From contig CAZOZN010000002.1 of NCBI GenBank assembly GCA_964584335.1, positions 194,974 to 258,973 on the forward strand: 64,000 nt of DNA. Reading direction: 5' to 3'. The translations under genes were made by a program, and so were the position numbers. The stretch is from an uncultured archaeon. GTDB lineage: Archaea > Aenigmatarchaeota > Aenigmatarchaeia > PWEA01 > JAGHBM01. A model generated the notes under the pieces. The model was not told the origin of the DNA, did not search any database, and saw only the letters and a program-made list of their open reading frames with translations. Of the stretch, positions 31,318 through 41,921 are shown one piece after another; position 1 is the first letter of the stretch, and each line of letters opens with the position of its first letter.

Positions 31318-31773
31318 TTAAATATAGTCTTCTTCAGTAAATATTTTAATGTTATTTTTATCTAGCAGTGCTGCTGTAACACCATTACCTCTTGTTTTTC
31401 CCCTTTTCTTTAATCCTCCCTGCGTAAAGCCATGCCCACACGAAGGACTTCCCTGTTTCATTATAACTTCATTTACGTTGAAATATTTTACTAATTTGAG
31501 TGTTTCAAACGCTCCTTTAATGAAATGTTTTGTAACATCTTCATCATTGTCTGTAATCACTTTGCTTTTTCCATCTAAAACCGATTTACCATCTCCATAT
31601 ACTATTCTGCTTCCGCTTCTTGGTATTGGAAGTCCCCCCAAATATTCGGGGCAAATTTCTATTATCTCATGTTTGTAATATTCGTCCATTATTCTTCTCG
31701 AAGATTTTTTAAGGTTATCTTTACCATCATATCTGCATTTAAAACCAAGTAGACATGCACTACACAATTTCAT
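31318..31773 (-). CDS. DUF523 / 2-thiouracil desulfurase family protein
   Basis: SACLLG..CRYDG, CPE..GGLPIPR, SPSCG. Confidence 0.88.
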   Translation of the reverse strand: MKLCSACLLGFKCRYDGKDNLKKSSRRIMDEYYKHEIIEICPEYLGGLPIPRSGSRIVYGDGKSVLDGKSKVITDNDEDVTKHFIKGAFETLKLVKYFNVNEVIMKQGSPSCGHGFTQGGLKKRGKTRGNGVTAALLDKNNIKIFTEEDYI

Positions 31774-31831
31774 AATTATTATTAACATGAAAAACTATAA
31801 TAACTTATAAAAATTATTTTATAGTGATTAG

Positions 31832-32728
31832 ATGGATAAAGAAGTTCTAGACAAATACAAAAAAGCCGGAAGGATAGACAAAGAATGCCTTGATATGGGC
31901 AGGAAATTGATAAAACCCGGGGTAAGTATAATGGATGTTATAGAGAAAATAGAGAAAAATATAATTGATTCTGGAGCAGGATTTGCATTCCCTATAAATG
32001 TTTCAATAAATGACATGGCAGCTCATGATACAGCAGACATAGAAGACAACAGAGTCTTCAAATCAGGAGACTTAATCAAGCTTGATATAGGGGTTCAAGT
32101 AGATGGTTATATAGCTGATTCAGCAATAACTATTTCTCTTGGTTCTGAAAAAGAAGAATTGATTAAAGTATCAGAAAATGCACTTAAAAATGCTCTAAAA
32201 ATGATGAAACCAGGAGGTAAAGTATCTGAAATATCCGAAGTGATAGAAAACACAATAAGAAAGGAGGGTTTCAATCCTATAATAAATCTTTCAGGTCATC
32301 AACTAGAGCAATATGAGTTGCATGCTGGAATAAACTTTCCCAACGTTAAAACAGACTTGGATTATGTACTGAAAGAAAATGATGCCTTTGCTCTTGAACC
32401 TTTTGTAACAGATGGAAGTGGAAAAGTCGTAGAGACAGAGAAAACCTTGATTTATATGTTCTTGAATGACAGGCCATCTAGATTTCATGAAAGCAGGAAA
32501 GTCCTGGACTTGGCAGAAAACAAGTACAATACACTACCTTTTACAAAAAGATGGCTTGCAAGAGATTTGAATATCTCTCCCATAAAACTTAGGATGATAC
32601 TAATTCAGCTCGAAAATATAAATTCTCTTTACGGCTATCCCGCTTTAAGAGAAATAAAAAATGGTCATGTGGCTCAATCAGAACACACGGTTATTGTAAA
32701 AGACAAACCCGTAATCACTACTGCTTAA
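31832..32728 (+). CDS. map: Methionine aminopeptidase type II
   Basis: [30 protein letters not shown]. Confidence 0.95.
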   Translation: MDKEVLDKYKKAGRIDKECLDMGRKLIKPGVSIMDVIEKIEKNIIDSGAGFAFPINVSINDMAAHDTADIEDNRVFKSGDLIKLDIGVQVDGYIADSAITISLGSEKEELIKVSENALKNALKMMKPGGKVSEISEVIENTIRKEGFNPIINLSGHQLEQYELHAGINFPNVKTDLDYVLKENDAFALEPFVTDGSGKVVETEKTLIYMFLNDRPSRFHESRKVLDLAENKYNTLPFTKRWLARDLNISPIKLRMILIQLENINSLYGYPALREIKNGHVAQSEHTVIVKDKPVITTA

Positions 32729-35025
32729 CCAACATAACTTATTTCCCTTCCTTCACTAAATCTCTTTTTCAAATCAACATCCCTGTAATATTTCTTCATT
32801 TCTTTTGAAAGAGATGGTTTTACTTCTTTTAGTGCTTCTTTGAAATGTTTCATTGATATTTTTTTGGAATTTATGTTTTCTCTTAGGGCATTAAGACCTG
32901 CTTCCCTGCATATTGCTTCTATATCAGCTCCACTGTATCCCTCTGTCTCCTTGGCCATCTTCTTAAGGTCAACATTTTCAAGAGACATTCCTTTTGTATG
33001 TACCTGGAAAATCTTTAGCCTGCTTTTTTCATCCGGTTCAGGTATTAACATCTGCTTGTCAAATCTTCCCGGTCTCAAAAGTGCAGGGTCTACTATGTCC
33101 GGCCTGTTTGTGGCTGCAATAACGACGACATCGTGAAGTTCTTCCAGTCCGCTCATCTCGCTCAACATCTGTGAAACAACACGCTCACCTACTCTGCTGT
33201 CGGAAGAGCTTATTCCTCTGCTTGGTGCCATTGCATCAATCTCGTCAAAGAATATTATTGTCGGGGATACCTGTTTGGCTTTTCGGAATATTTCCCTCAC
33301 CATCTTCTCTGACTCACCGACCCACTTGCTTAGCATTTCCGGGCCCTTGATTGATATAAAATTCGACTCGCTTTCATTTGCAACAGCTCTTGCTATAAGA
33401 GTCTTACCGCAGCCAGGGGGACCGTACAGCATTATTCCCTTGGGCGGTTTTATTCCTATATTTTTGAAAGAGTCTGGATACTTGAGTGGCCATTCGACTG
33501 ATTCCTTAAGCCTTTCTTTAACATCTTTCAGCCCACCAACATCATTCCAGTTTACCTTGGGAACCTCTATCATTACTTCTCTCATTGCAGAAGGCTGGAC
33601 CATCTTCATTGCATAATCAAAATCTTTTTTAGTCACCTTTAGCCTGCTTATTAGTTCTTCCGGAAGTGGTTCATTTTCTTCAAGTCCTGACATTTCTGGT
33701 TGAACTCTTCTAAGTACATGCATAGCTGCTTCCTTGGCAAGAGCTTCCAGATCTGCCCCCACAAATCCGTATGTTTTTTCAGCAAGATTTTCTAGTTTTA
33801 TTTCCTTTGACATAGGCATGTGCCTTGTATGTATTTCCAATATCTCCTTTCTACCTTTTTTGGTCGGCACTCCCATTTCTATTTCTCTGTCAAACCTCCC
33901 GGGTCTTCTCAGGGCAGGATCTATGGCATTTACCCTGTTTGTTGCTGCTATCACTATAACTTTCCCCCTGCTTTTTAATCCATCCATCAAAGTCAAAAGC
34001 TGTGAAACAACTCTTCTCTCGACTTCTCCTGTAACCTCTCCTCTTTTGGGAGCTATCGCATCTATTTCATCTATGAATATTATTGCGGGAGAGTTTTGCT
34101 CCGCGTCTTCAAAAACCTTTCTAAGGTTCTGTTCGGACTGGCCGTAAAACTTGGACATTATTTCAGGACCTGCAAGTGAGATAAAATGCGCACCGGCCTC
34201 GTTTGCAACGGCCTTTGCCAAGAGAGTTTTTCCTGTTCCGGGCGGCCCATACATCAAAACTCCTTTCGGTGGGGCTATTCCTAGCCTATCAAATAACTCA
34301 GGATGCTTAAGCGGCAGCTCAATCATTTCCCTGACTTTTTTAATCTCGTCATGCAGTCCGCCAATATCTTCGTAAGTGACTGTAGGTATTCTAGTTTCCT
34401 CTATTTTTTCGACTGCGTGTTCCTTTAACACTATTTCAGTATTTTCACCTACTCTCACTATACCTTCTGGTGAAACTTTCGCTATAATTAGTTTTATTTC
34501 TGTACCGAAACTTCCAAATGAGCCAGGACCCATTGTGCCTATGTTTATACCAAACTGTTTGAATATATCTTCAAACGGGTCTGTTCTTCTTCTTTTGTTT
34601 ATTACAGATGAAGGCACTATAACATCGCCCTTTGTGGCCGGTCTCATGATAAGTTTCTGCCTCAAAAGGTTTTCATTCATAAATATCTTCATGCCTTTTT
34701 GTGTCGGTGCGAGAACTATCTTTTTTGCTTCTTTTACATCAGCTTTCCTTACCTTTACCATTTCGCTTATACCAGTCCCCGCATTTCTTCTGACAAGCCC
34801 GTCCATTCTTATTATATCAAGACCTATATCGTCGGGGTAAGGACCAACAACAATAGCGCCTGTCTTGTTTTTGCCCTCTATTTCTACAATATCACCGTCT
34901 CTAAGACCTAATTTTTTCATAGCTTTGGAATCCATCCTTGCTATTCCCTTGCCGTATTCCTCCCTGCTTGTAAGCTCACCAACTTTGAGTTTTAATACAT
35001 CATCTTTATCTTTTTTGAAAACCAT
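32725..35025 (-). CDS. cdc48: CDC48/VAT AAA+ ATPase
   Basis: N-domain plus two AAA modules ([22 protein letters not shown]); C-terminal YVG. Confidence 0.96.
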   Translation of the reverse strand: MVFKKDKDDVLKLKVGELTSREEYGKGIARMDSKAMKKLGLRDGDIVEIEGKNKTGAIVVGPYPDDIGLDIIRMDGLVRRNAGTGISEMVKVRKADVKEAKKIVLAPTQKGMKIFMNENLLRQKLIMRPATKGDVIVPSSVINKRRRTDPFEDIFKQFGINIGTMGPGSFGSFGTEIKLIIAKVSPEGIVRVGENTEIVLKEHAVEKIEETRIPTVTYEDIGGLHDEIKKVREMIELPLKHPELFDRLGIAPPKGVLMYGPPGTGKTLLAKAVANEAGAHFISLAGPEIMSKFYGQSEQNLRKVFEDAEQNSPAIIFIDEIDAIAPKRGEVTGEVERRVVSQLLTLMDGLKSRGKVIVIAATNRVNAIDPALRRPGRFDREIEMGVPTKKGRKEILEIHTRHMPMSKEIKLENLAEKTYGFVGADLEALAKEAAMHVLRRVQPEMSGLEENEPLPEELISRLKVTKKDFDYAMKMVQPSAMREVMIEVPKVNWNDVGGLKDVKERLKESVEWPLKYPDSFKNIGIKPPKGIMLYGPPGCGKTLIARAVANESESNFISIKGPEMLSKWVGESEKMVREIFRKAKQVSPTIIFFDEIDAMAPSRGISSSDSRVGERVVSQMLSEMSGLEELHDVVVIAATNRPDIVDPALLRPGRFDKQMLIPEPDEKSRLKIFQVHTKGMSLENVDLKKMAKETEGYSGADIEAICREAGLNALRENINSKKISMKHFKEALKEVKPSLSKEMKKYYRDVDLKKRFSEGREISYVG

Positions 35026-35033
35026 GAAATCAC

Positions 35034-35396
35034 CTACTTTATTTTTATTTCTTTTGATTTTATTTTTTTATATTCTTCAGGTTCTAAAAGAACCTTGAAA
35101 AAATCATAATCTATTTTTTCCTCCCACTGTTTCATATAATTCATTATTTTTTCCATTTCTTTTAGTGCAACTATGAATACAGAGTTATCTACCTTTATAT
35201 GAGGAGTTTCTGTCAATAAACCCTCTCTTCTGTACCTGTACTCGGATTTTTCATTCCTTATTGTTTGAGTCCATCCGTACAACCCTCTAAAAAATTTGTT
35301 TCTCTCGTAATTAGACTCAAACTTGTCCGAGTGAGTGTTGAAGCTTATTAGCACGGCCACTTTACCGTCCTTGCTTTCTTTTATTTTTATCTTCAT
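35034..35396 (-). CDS. 120-aa hypothetical protein, first gene of the cdc48 operon (possible Cas2/VapD-like ferredoxin fold)
   Basis: Own BRE/TATA, 8-nt gap to cdc48; FFRGLYG...YRREGLL...SVFIV. Fold assignment tentative. Confidence 0.75.
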   Translation of the reverse strand: MKIKIKESKDGKVAVLISFNTHSDKFESNYERNKFFRGLYGWTQTIRNEKSEYRYRREGLLTETPHIKVDNSVFIVALKEMEKIMNYMKQWEEKIDYDFFKVLLEPEEYKKIKSKEIKIK

Positions 35397-35403
35397 ACCA
35401 ACA

Positions 35404-35430
35404 CTTTTAGTGTTTATTTAAACTAAAAAG
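35404..35430. promoter_or_regulatory. Near-palindromic putative operator, copy 1 (CTTTTAGTGTTTATTTAAACTAAAAAG)
   Basis: Lies between the TATA box and start codon of ORF120-cdc48; 24/27 identical to the copy upstream of hsp20. Confidence 0.7.
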
Positions 35431-35446
35431 TATATAAAACTTTCGG
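35431..35446 (-). promoter_or_regulatory. Archaeal BRE/TATA promoter (CCGAAAGTTTTATATA)
   Basis: Close match to the BRE+TATA consensus about 35 nt upstream of ATG 35396. Confidence 0.75.
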
Positions 35447-35457
35447 TTGAAGGGTAC

Positions 35458-35494
35458 TTTTTTAAAAAAGAGAGGCAGGAGGCAGAACCTCCTG
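35458..35494 (-). terminator. GC hairpin followed by pyrimidine/T tract
   Basis: Minus strand CAGGAGG-TTCTG-CCTCCTG then CCTCTCTTTTTT. Confidence 0.6.
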
Positions 35495-35546
35495 ATAAAC
35501 TAATCCAAAGCGTTTTTATTTCAGGTTGTAATTAGAAATCTATTTT

Positions 35547-35582
35547 TTATTCGCTGTTTTTCTTCTTTTTTCTTGGAGCCAT
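35547..35582 (-). CDS. Candidate 11-aa micro-ORF MAPRKKKKNSE
   Basis: Strong AGGAGGTG SD shortly upstream of the ATG, upstream CTTAAATA, downstream terminator. Confidence 0.4.
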   Translation of the reverse strand: MAPRKKKKNSE

Positions 35583-35667
35583 GAAGGACACACCTCCTAT
35601 TTTTTACATTTCTAAATAATTTATTGAGTATTTAAGCCTATCCAATGAAAGGCAAGGAAAATTCTTT

Positions 35668-36456
35668 TTACAAGAAGAAACTCAAGACAGACAAAATGCC
35701 TATTATAATGCAAAACCAACCGAATTCGATTTTTTCTGCAACTCTTATTAGTGTTTTTATAGTGGCAAGCCCGAAAATGAAAGAGAAAAATATCGCTATT
35801 ATAGAATAAATGCTGATGTTAATTTCACCCAGAATACCCAGCCCGATTTCAGCAACAAGTATTGCTGGGATACTCATAAGAAAGCTCAATTTAAGTGCCT
35901 TTTCCGGTTTGTAATTTTCAAACAAAAGCACGGAAGTAGTTAATCCCGAACGACTTAAACCGGGCATTACAGAAAATCCCTGTACCAATCCCACTATAAC
36001 AGAATCCCAAATACTTAGCTCTTTTTTGTTAGAGACAAAAATTTTACTGTATTTTTGTAATAATCCCGTTATCATTAAAAAAATTCCTATAATCAGCATA
36101 CCAACCTTAAGTGATATTTCTATTTCGTTTATGCCGAAAATAAGTATCGGTGCTCCTACAATACCAGTAAAAACCGTTGAAATAATTAGGAAAGTGGTAA
36201 GTCGGTTGTAATTTTTACTGTCCTTTATTTTGTACTCCGGTATGTTTTTGAGAATTCCTGCTATGTCTTTGCTGAAATAAACTATTGCGGCAAGTAAAGT
36301 TCCTGAATGCAGCCATATAGAAAGGAATATTGATTCAGAAAAAGTCTTACCAAAAAAATTCATTAACACCAATGATATTATTCCCTCGCTGCTTACTGGA
36401 AGCCATTCTAATATTCCTTGTAGCGTGCCTATTATAACAGGTTCAAAAAAACTCAT
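35668..36456 (-). CDS. uppP: Undecaprenyl-diphosphate phosphatase (BacA/UppP family)
   Basis: QGILEWLPVSSEG, PGLSRSG, SFLMSIP. Confidence 0.92.
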   Translation of the reverse strand: MSFFEPVIIGTLQGILEWLPVSSEGIISLVLMNFFGKTFSESIFLSIWLHSGTLLAAIVYFSKDIAGILKNIPEYKIKDSKNYNRLTTFLIISTVFTGIVGAPILIFGINEIEISLKVGMLIIGIFLMITGLLQKYSKIFVSNKKELSIWDSVIVGLVQGFSVMPGLSRSGLTTSVLLFENYKPEKALKLSFLMSIPAILVAEIGLGILGEINISIYSIIAIFFSFIFGLATIKTLIRVAEKIEFGWFCIIIGILSVLSFFL

Positions 36457-36510
36457 AATATAATTTATTCAAGATATAAAATATACTTAAGCATTAGAAT
36501 CAAATAAGAA

Positions 36511-37215
36511 ATGGGTGTTTGTGTGGAAATTAACAGGAAGTTGCCTTTTGACCAGAAAAATCTGGATGAGTTCTTTGGTGGTGGTATAGAATACAAATCT
36601 CTTACAAACATATACGGTCCACCCGGCTCTGGAAAGACTAATATAGCTTTATTATCCTGTGTTTCATGTATTAAAAAAGGAAAAAAGGTCATTTTCATAG
36701 ATACCGAGGGAGGCTTTAGTGCTGAAAGGTTTTCACAGATATCTGGGGATTTTGAAAAATTTTCCAAGAACATAATTTTAATTGAGCCAAAAACTTTTGA
36801 CGAGCAAAACAAAGTGGTAAAGGATTTAGAAAAAAAATGCGACAATAAAATCGGATTGATAGTTCTGGATTCTCTTGTCAATCTTTACAGGCTTGTGCTT
36901 GATGATGAGAACTTCCAGAAAATAAACAGGATGCTTTCTTCCCAGCTGGCAAAACTTTCAAAAATATCCAGAGAAAAAGACTTGCCAGTTCTAATAACTA
37001 ATCATATGTATTCAGGAAACAACGGCACACAGCCAGTTTCCCGTGATATAACAAAATACTGGTCCAAATGTCTTGTTGAGCTTATAAAATTAGATAAGGG
37101 AAAAAGGGTAGCAATATTAAAAAAACACAGATCGATGCCGGAAGGCAAGGAGATACATTTCAAAATAACAAACGAGGGAATTTCCCCCGCAGAGAAAAAA
37201 TTTAAGCTGTTTTGA
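36511..37215 (+). CDS. radB: DNA repair/recombination protein RadB
   Basis: GPPGSGKT, IDTEGGFSAER, C-terminal KHRS motif. Confidence 0.93.
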   Translation: MGVCVEINRKLPFDQKNLDEFFGGGIEYKSLTNIYGPPGSGKTNIALLSCVSCIKKGKKVIFIDTEGGFSAERFSQISGDFEKFSKNIILIEPKTFDEQNKVVKDLEKKCDNKIGLIVLDSLVNLYRLVLDDENFQKINRMLSSQLAKLSKISREKDLPVLITNHMYSGNNGTQPVSRDITKYWSKCLVELIKLDKGKRVAILKKHRSMPEGKEIHFKITNEGISPAEKKFKLF

Positions 37216-37224
37216 TTTTTTTCT

Positions 37225-37356
37225 TCACTTAGGCATGTTTATATATTCTATTCCTTCTCTCTTTGCATTTTCATGCATCCTTCTCGAAACATCGAGAGTG
37301 AAAAGTATCTTTGAATATTCTTTTTCTTTTGATTCTAGATATTCTTTATCCTCCAT
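37225..37356 (-). CDS. 43-aa hypothetical protein (MEDKEYLESKEKEYSKILFTLDVSRRMHENAKREGIEYINMPK)
   Basis: GGAGG SD 7 nt upstream; not in ORF track. Confidence 0.55.
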   Translation of the reverse strand: MEDKEYLESKEKEYSKILFTLDVSRRMHENAKREGIEYINMPK

Positions 37357-37488
37357 ATTAAAACCTCCGAAGGGAGAGAAATCGAGGTCGATTGAACCCG
37401 ACCATAGTTATTCTTATATCAATAAAAGCATTTCTATACATCAGAACGATAATTTTAATTACTCAAGAAAACAATAATTAAATGTATT

Positions 37489-39564
37489 CTATTTTTTGTT
37501 CTTTTTGTATTTTTTCTTGCCCCAGTTAGCCTTGCTGGGACATTTTGGGTCTATGCACATTGTGTATGGACGAAGACCTTTTCTTATGACTTTTATCATA
37601 GGCAGTCCACAATCCTTGCATTTTCCAGCTGATTCTATTTTCCCGTTTTGAGGCAATGGGAAAGAATTCCTGCAACCATCAGAGTAACCTTCGCAACCCA
37701 CAAATCTCTTTTTTGTCTTTTTTGAAACTATTATCCTAAGGTTTTTACTGCATTTTGTACATTCTCCCAAAATGTATGAATTCCTTATTGTATTTGTTAG
37801 GGCTTCCTGTAACTCAGAGCCTATATTTTCCTCGTTTTTTTTGAATTCTTCCAGTATTTTACCTAGCGTTTCTACGGCATCTTTTATTACTTTTTCTCTT
37901 TTTCTTTTCCCCTTTGATACATCATCCATCTCTTTTTCGAATTTTTCTGTAAGCTTCTCTGATAGTATTTCTGGACAGTATTTTTCGAGTGTTTTTACCA
38001 CAGCGAAACCCAGTTCTGTTACCTCTATCTTTTTTCCCTTAATATAACCTCTGTCATATAAAGTTTGTATTATGTTTGCTCTTGTTGCTTTTGTTCCAAG
38101 ATTAAGTTTCTGAAGTTTTTTTACAAGAGAAGCTTGATTATATCTGTTAGGCGGTTTCGTCTCTTTTTCTAGCAGTGATATTTTTATAACATCTAGCATG
38201 TCTCCTTTTTTTAGTTCAGGTAATATTTGTTCCTTATATTTTACATATTTCTCGTAAAATTCAATCCAGTTTTTTTCTAATGTTCTCTTTCCCTTTGTTA
38301 CAAATTCCTCTTCATTTATTTCGAATAAAATATCCATTGTCTGTCTTAAAGCGGAGTCCCCAAAAGTTGCCATAAACCTTCTTACAATTAAATCATATAC
38401 CTTTGATTCGTACTTGTTCATGTTTTTCGGTTTTTCTCCTGTAGGGTATATGGAAGGATGTGCCGGATCTTTTTTCTTACCCTCGTTTGGTTTTAATTTT
38501 TTATTTTCTAAAAGTTTGTTTGAAAGTTCTTTGTATTCTTTTTGATTAGATAATTTTTTTAGTATGTTTTTGTATCCTATCCTTGCCGGAAGCTTCTGGC
38601 TTGATGTTCTGGGATAAGATATTAAAACAGAATCATATAGGCTTTGAGCGATATCAAGTGTCTGTTTGGGTGTTAGCCCGAATGCCGAATGAGCTTCTGT
38701 CTGAAGAGTGGTTAAATCAAAGGGTACTGGTGGTTTTTGTCTGTATTTTCTTTTGTTTACCTTTGATACAGTTGCTTTTTTCCCCTGAGTTTTTTCCTTT
38801 ATTTCTTCTGCTTTTTTCTTTTCCCATATTTTACCTTCAACATGATTTGCTATTATCTCTTCTTTACTTTCTGTCATTAAATTTGCTTCTAATTCCCAGT
38901 AGGGTTCTGAAACGAATTTTTTTATTTTTTCTTCTCTTTTTGCTACTATTTTTAAAGATGGTCCTTGAACTCTTCCAGTGCTCAAAACTTTGAAATAATT
39001 GGTCGCCTTTTTTATCGAAATACTCAATGCCCTTGACGTGTTTATACCATAAAGCCAGTCAAGTTTATGTCTTACTATACCGGCTTCTATTTGCGGGAAG
39101 TCGAGTTTTTCTGAGGCTTTATCGTAAGATTCACACAATTCCGAGGCTGTTAGAGTTGAAAATTTCATTCTTTTTGCATCTTCTGTCTCGCATATGAATC
39201 TTAAAATATTATATCCTATCACGGAACCCTCCGAGTCGTAATCCGTAGCAACAATAAATTCATTTGCCTTCTTGCTAAGCTTCTCAAAATTTTTGAAGTA
39301 AGGTTTGGAGAACGCGGAATTTTTTGATTCAAAACTAGGCACCCACTCGGTCTCAAATATTGGATATTTCCAGTCTTTTTTCCCTTTTTGTTTTAGACCA
39401 AAAAGATGACCGACTGCAGGAACTACAAGAACTTCTTCCCCGTTTATAAATATTTCAAACCAAACTGCCTTACCGTTTCTTTCTTTCTTAACATCTTCCT
39501 CTGATAGTGCATATGCTATTTTTTCAGCAGCTTTTGGTTTTTCTGATATTATAAGTATTGTCAA
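37489..39564 (-). CDS. topA: DNA topoisomerase IA
   Basis: SEKP, GHL, ATDYDSEG, STGRVQ, ISYPRT (catalytic Tyr), C-terminal Zn ribbons; TTG start after GGTG. Confidence 0.95.
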   Translation of the reverse strand: MTILIISEKPKAAEKIAYALSEEDVKKERNGKAVWFEIFINGEEVLVVPAVGHLFGLKQKGKKDWKYPIFETEWVPSFESKNSAFSKPYFKNFEKLSKKANEFIVATDYDSEGSVIGYNILRFICETEDAKRMKFSTLTASELCESYDKASEKLDFPQIEAGIVRHKLDWLYGINTSRALSISIKKATNYFKVLSTGRVQGPSLKIVAKREEKIKKFVSEPYWELEANLMTESKEEIIANHVEGKIWEKKKAEEIKEKTQGKKATVSKVNKRKYRQKPPVPFDLTTLQTEAHSAFGLTPKQTLDIAQSLYDSVLISYPRTSSQKLPARIGYKNILKKLSNQKEYKELSNKLLENKKLKPNEGKKKDPAHPSIYPTGEKPKNMNKYESKVYDLIVRRFMATFGDSALRQTMDILFEINEEEFVTKGKRTLEKNWIEFYEKYVKYKEQILPELKKGDMLDVIKISLLEKETKPPNRYNQASLVKKLQKLNLGTKATRANIIQTLYDRGYIKGKKIEVTELGFAVVKTLEKYCPEILSEKLTEKFEKEMDDVSKGKRKREKVIKDAVETLGKILEEFKKNEENIGSELQEALTNTIRNSYILGECTKCSKNLRIIVSKKTKKRFVGCEGYSDGCRNSFPLPQNGKIESAGKCKDCGLPMIKVIRKGLRPYTMCIDPKCPSKANWGKKKYKKNKK

Positions 39565-39615
39565 AATAAACACCAATTATAATAGAAAAATTTGTATTAA
39601 TTTAAAAGTTTCTAA

Positions 39616-40902
39616 TTAGAAGCTTATTTTTTTCTTTCCATTCATATACGGTCTAAGAACCTTCGGTACTCTTATCGAACCGTCCTTGTTTTGGTATTGC
39701 TCTAATATGGCTATCATCGTTCTTGAGGTGGCCAGTGCCGTATTGTTGAGGGTATGCACGAAACCTTTTGGAGGTTGCCCTTCCTTTTCCCTGTATTTTA
39801 TATTTAATCTCCTTGCCTGATAGTCCGTGCAGTTTGAATTTGAGCCGACTTCCCTGAATTTTCCGTCCGCCATCCAGGCTTCCGTGTCATATTGTTTTGC
39901 CTGTTTTTTGCCTATATCACCGCTGCATATGTCAACAACCCTGTAATACAAACCAAGCTCTTTGTAAAGTTCTTCAGAATTCCTCTGCAGTTCTTCAATA
40001 TATATGTAAGACTCATCAGGAAGGCATATTAAAAATTGTTCTACCTTGTTGAACTGGTGCATCCTGAAAAGACCCTTTGCGTATTTCCCATGGGTCCCCA
40101 CTTCTTTCCTGAAAGCAGGCGAGACACCAATCAGTTTTATTGGAAGTTCATCCGTGTTTATTACCTTGTCGATAAACATTCCTCCAAGTGGGTATTCTGC
40201 CGTGGGTATCGGGTAAAGCTCCTCCCCTTCTATTTTGTATCCCGCCTCTCCGAGTTCCGTGGGGTCTCCTATCATGGAATCATATGTCCTCTTGTTTACC
40301 ATGTATGGAGGTTCAATTAAAGTAAAACCTTTTTTTATAAGAAAGTCTATTGCGAATCTTTGCAGAGCCAAGTCAAGCAATACCATATCATTTTTGAGGT
40401 AAGCGAATCCACTGCCGGATGCTCTTGCACCGGATTCAAAATCTATAAAATCTTTGGCTATCTCCAAGTGGCTCTTGGGTTTGAAACTGAAAATGGGTTT
40501 TTTGCCCCATTTTCTTATTTCCATGTTATCTTCTTCGTCCTTACCCGTGGGAACAGAATAATGAATAAGATTTGGTATTTTTAGAAGAAGTAAGTCACAA
40601 TCTTCTCTCAATTTATCTATCTTTTCTTTGTTTTTCTTTATCTTGTAAGGTATGTTTTTAACTTCTTTCATTTCCTTTGATGCTTTCTTATTCTCTGACC
40701 TTAGCCTTCCTATTTTTTTGCTTAATACGTTTCTTTTGTGCTGAAGTTTTTGGTTCTTAGACTTTAATTTTCTCCATTCTTCATCTTTTTTGAGAAGTTT
40801 ATCGAGAAGCCTTATGTAATCTTTTTTACCCCTTTTCTTTAGGTTGTCTTTTACCATTTCAGTCTCGTTTCTGATAAGGTTTATATCTAACATTTTTATC
40901 AT
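39616..40902 (-). CDS. serS: Seryl-tRNA synthetase
   Basis: PTAE, FRKEVG, FRMHQFNKVEQ, HTLNNTALA. Confidence 0.96.
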   Translation of the reverse strand: MIKMLDINLIRNETEMVKDNLKKRGKKDYIRLLDKLLKKDEEWRKLKSKNQKLQHKRNVLSKKIGRLRSENKKASKEMKEVKNIPYKIKKNKEKIDKLREDCDLLLLKIPNLIHYSVPTGKDEEDNMEIRKWGKKPIFSFKPKSHLEIAKDFIDFESGARASGSGFAYLKNDMVLLDLALQRFAIDFLIKKGFTLIEPPYMVNKRTYDSMIGDPTELGEAGYKIEGEELYPIPTAEYPLGGMFIDKVINTDELPIKLIGVSPAFRKEVGTHGKYAKGLFRMHQFNKVEQFLICLPDESYIYIEELQRNSEELYKELGLYYRVVDICSGDIGKKQAKQYDTEAWMADGKFREVGSNSNCTDYQARRLNIKYREKEGQPPKGFVHTLNNTALATSRTMIAILEQYQNKDGSIRVPKVLRPYMNGKKKISF

Positions 40903-41891
40903 CTAAATGTTTCTAACATGTCCTTATGTTTTTCAAAATATTTTCTTATTGGTTTTAGTATTTCGGTTAGTTCTTTTGCTAGACTCTTTTTTAAATCAAG
41001 TGGATGTAATTTACCTAACCCGAATTCTTTTTCTAATTCCTTGTAATTGTTGAATATTATATCTCCTCCGAATTTGCTTGGTCTTTCTATTTTTAATTTG
41101 CTTTTTCTTGGGAAAACTATGAATCTGATGTACTCAAGTATCGGATTTTCTTTTGTCTGTCCTTGTGGACAGTAAGCATTTTTGATTCTTTTTTCTATTG
41201 TTTTTTCTGACGCAAAAAGTTCCAGTCTTGATTTTTTCTCGCTTGCTGACATTTTATTATTTCCGTCAAGACCAATTCCCAAAGGTGAGAAAACGCATAC
41301 AGGTTTTTTATAGCCTATTTTTGGTAAGTATTCCCTGCTTAACATATAAACATGTCTTTGGTCTATTCCACCTGCTGCTACATCAACGTCAAGTCCTATA
41401 CAATCAAGGCTCTGCATTAATGGATAAATTAGCTCTGAAATTGTTGAATTTTTCATTCTGCACACTTCTCTGGCTGCTCTTTCGGCTCTTTTGGAAGTCA
41501 CAAAACCGGAAATTCTCAGTATATCCATAAAATATTTTTTATCTGTTTGAAATTCTGAACCTTTTATGAATTCAGCTTCTTCTAGGCCGAATAAACTAAG
41601 GCATTTTTCATATATTTTGGCTCTTATGTCTAGTTCTTCCCATGGTGATTTTCTGTCGTCAAGGTATGCGTGCAAGTCAGCAATTAAAACTTTATGTTTA
41701 AACCCCGCTTTTATAAGCTCTATCTGTTTTGCAATTGACCTGTAATAGCCTATATGTGGCGGACCAGTGGGCGCAATTCCGACATAACTTACAGGCCTCT
41801 TCTTTTTTTCAAGGGTGTTTTTTAGTTCTTCTTTTGTTATTATTTCTTCTGTTCCGTTTGTTACCAATTCCATTCTATCTTCTACATCCAT
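40899..41891 (-). CDS. tyrS: Tyrosyl-tRNA synthetase (archaeal type)
   Basis: HIGY, ADLHAYLD, YPLMQSLD, GGIDQ, KMSAS. Confidence 0.94.
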   Translation of the reverse strand: MDVEDRMELVTNGTEEIITKEELKNTLEKKKRPVSYVGIAPTGPPHIGYYRSIAKQIELIKAGFKHKVLIADLHAYLDDRKSPWEELDIRAKIYEKCLSLFGLEEAEFIKGSEFQTDKKYFMDILRISGFVTSKRAERAAREVCRMKNSTISELIYPLMQSLDCIGLDVDVAAGGIDQRHVYMLSREYLPKIGYKKPVCVFSPLGIGLDGNNKMSASEKKSRLELFASEKTIEKRIKNAYCPQGQTKENPILEYIRFIVFPRKSKLKIERPSKFGGDIIFNNYKELEKEFGLGKLHPLDLKKSLAKELTEILKPIRKYFEKHKDMLETFR

Positions 41892-41921
41892 TTTAACACC
41901 CTTATAAGATTAATTAAAATC

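Noticed and set aside
32840-35098. Series of long plus-strand ORFs opposite cdc48 (likewise opposite acs, lhr and topA)
   Set aside because: Antisense frames of well-conserved genes with no motifs of their own
35404-35430. CIRCE (HrcA operator)
   Set aside because: Does not match TTAGCACTC-N9-GAGTGCTAA beyond the TTAG/CTAA ends
36465-37477. 138-aa (-) and 80-aa (+) ORFs
   Set aside because: Shadows of radB and of the SD-bearing 43-aa minus-strand ORF
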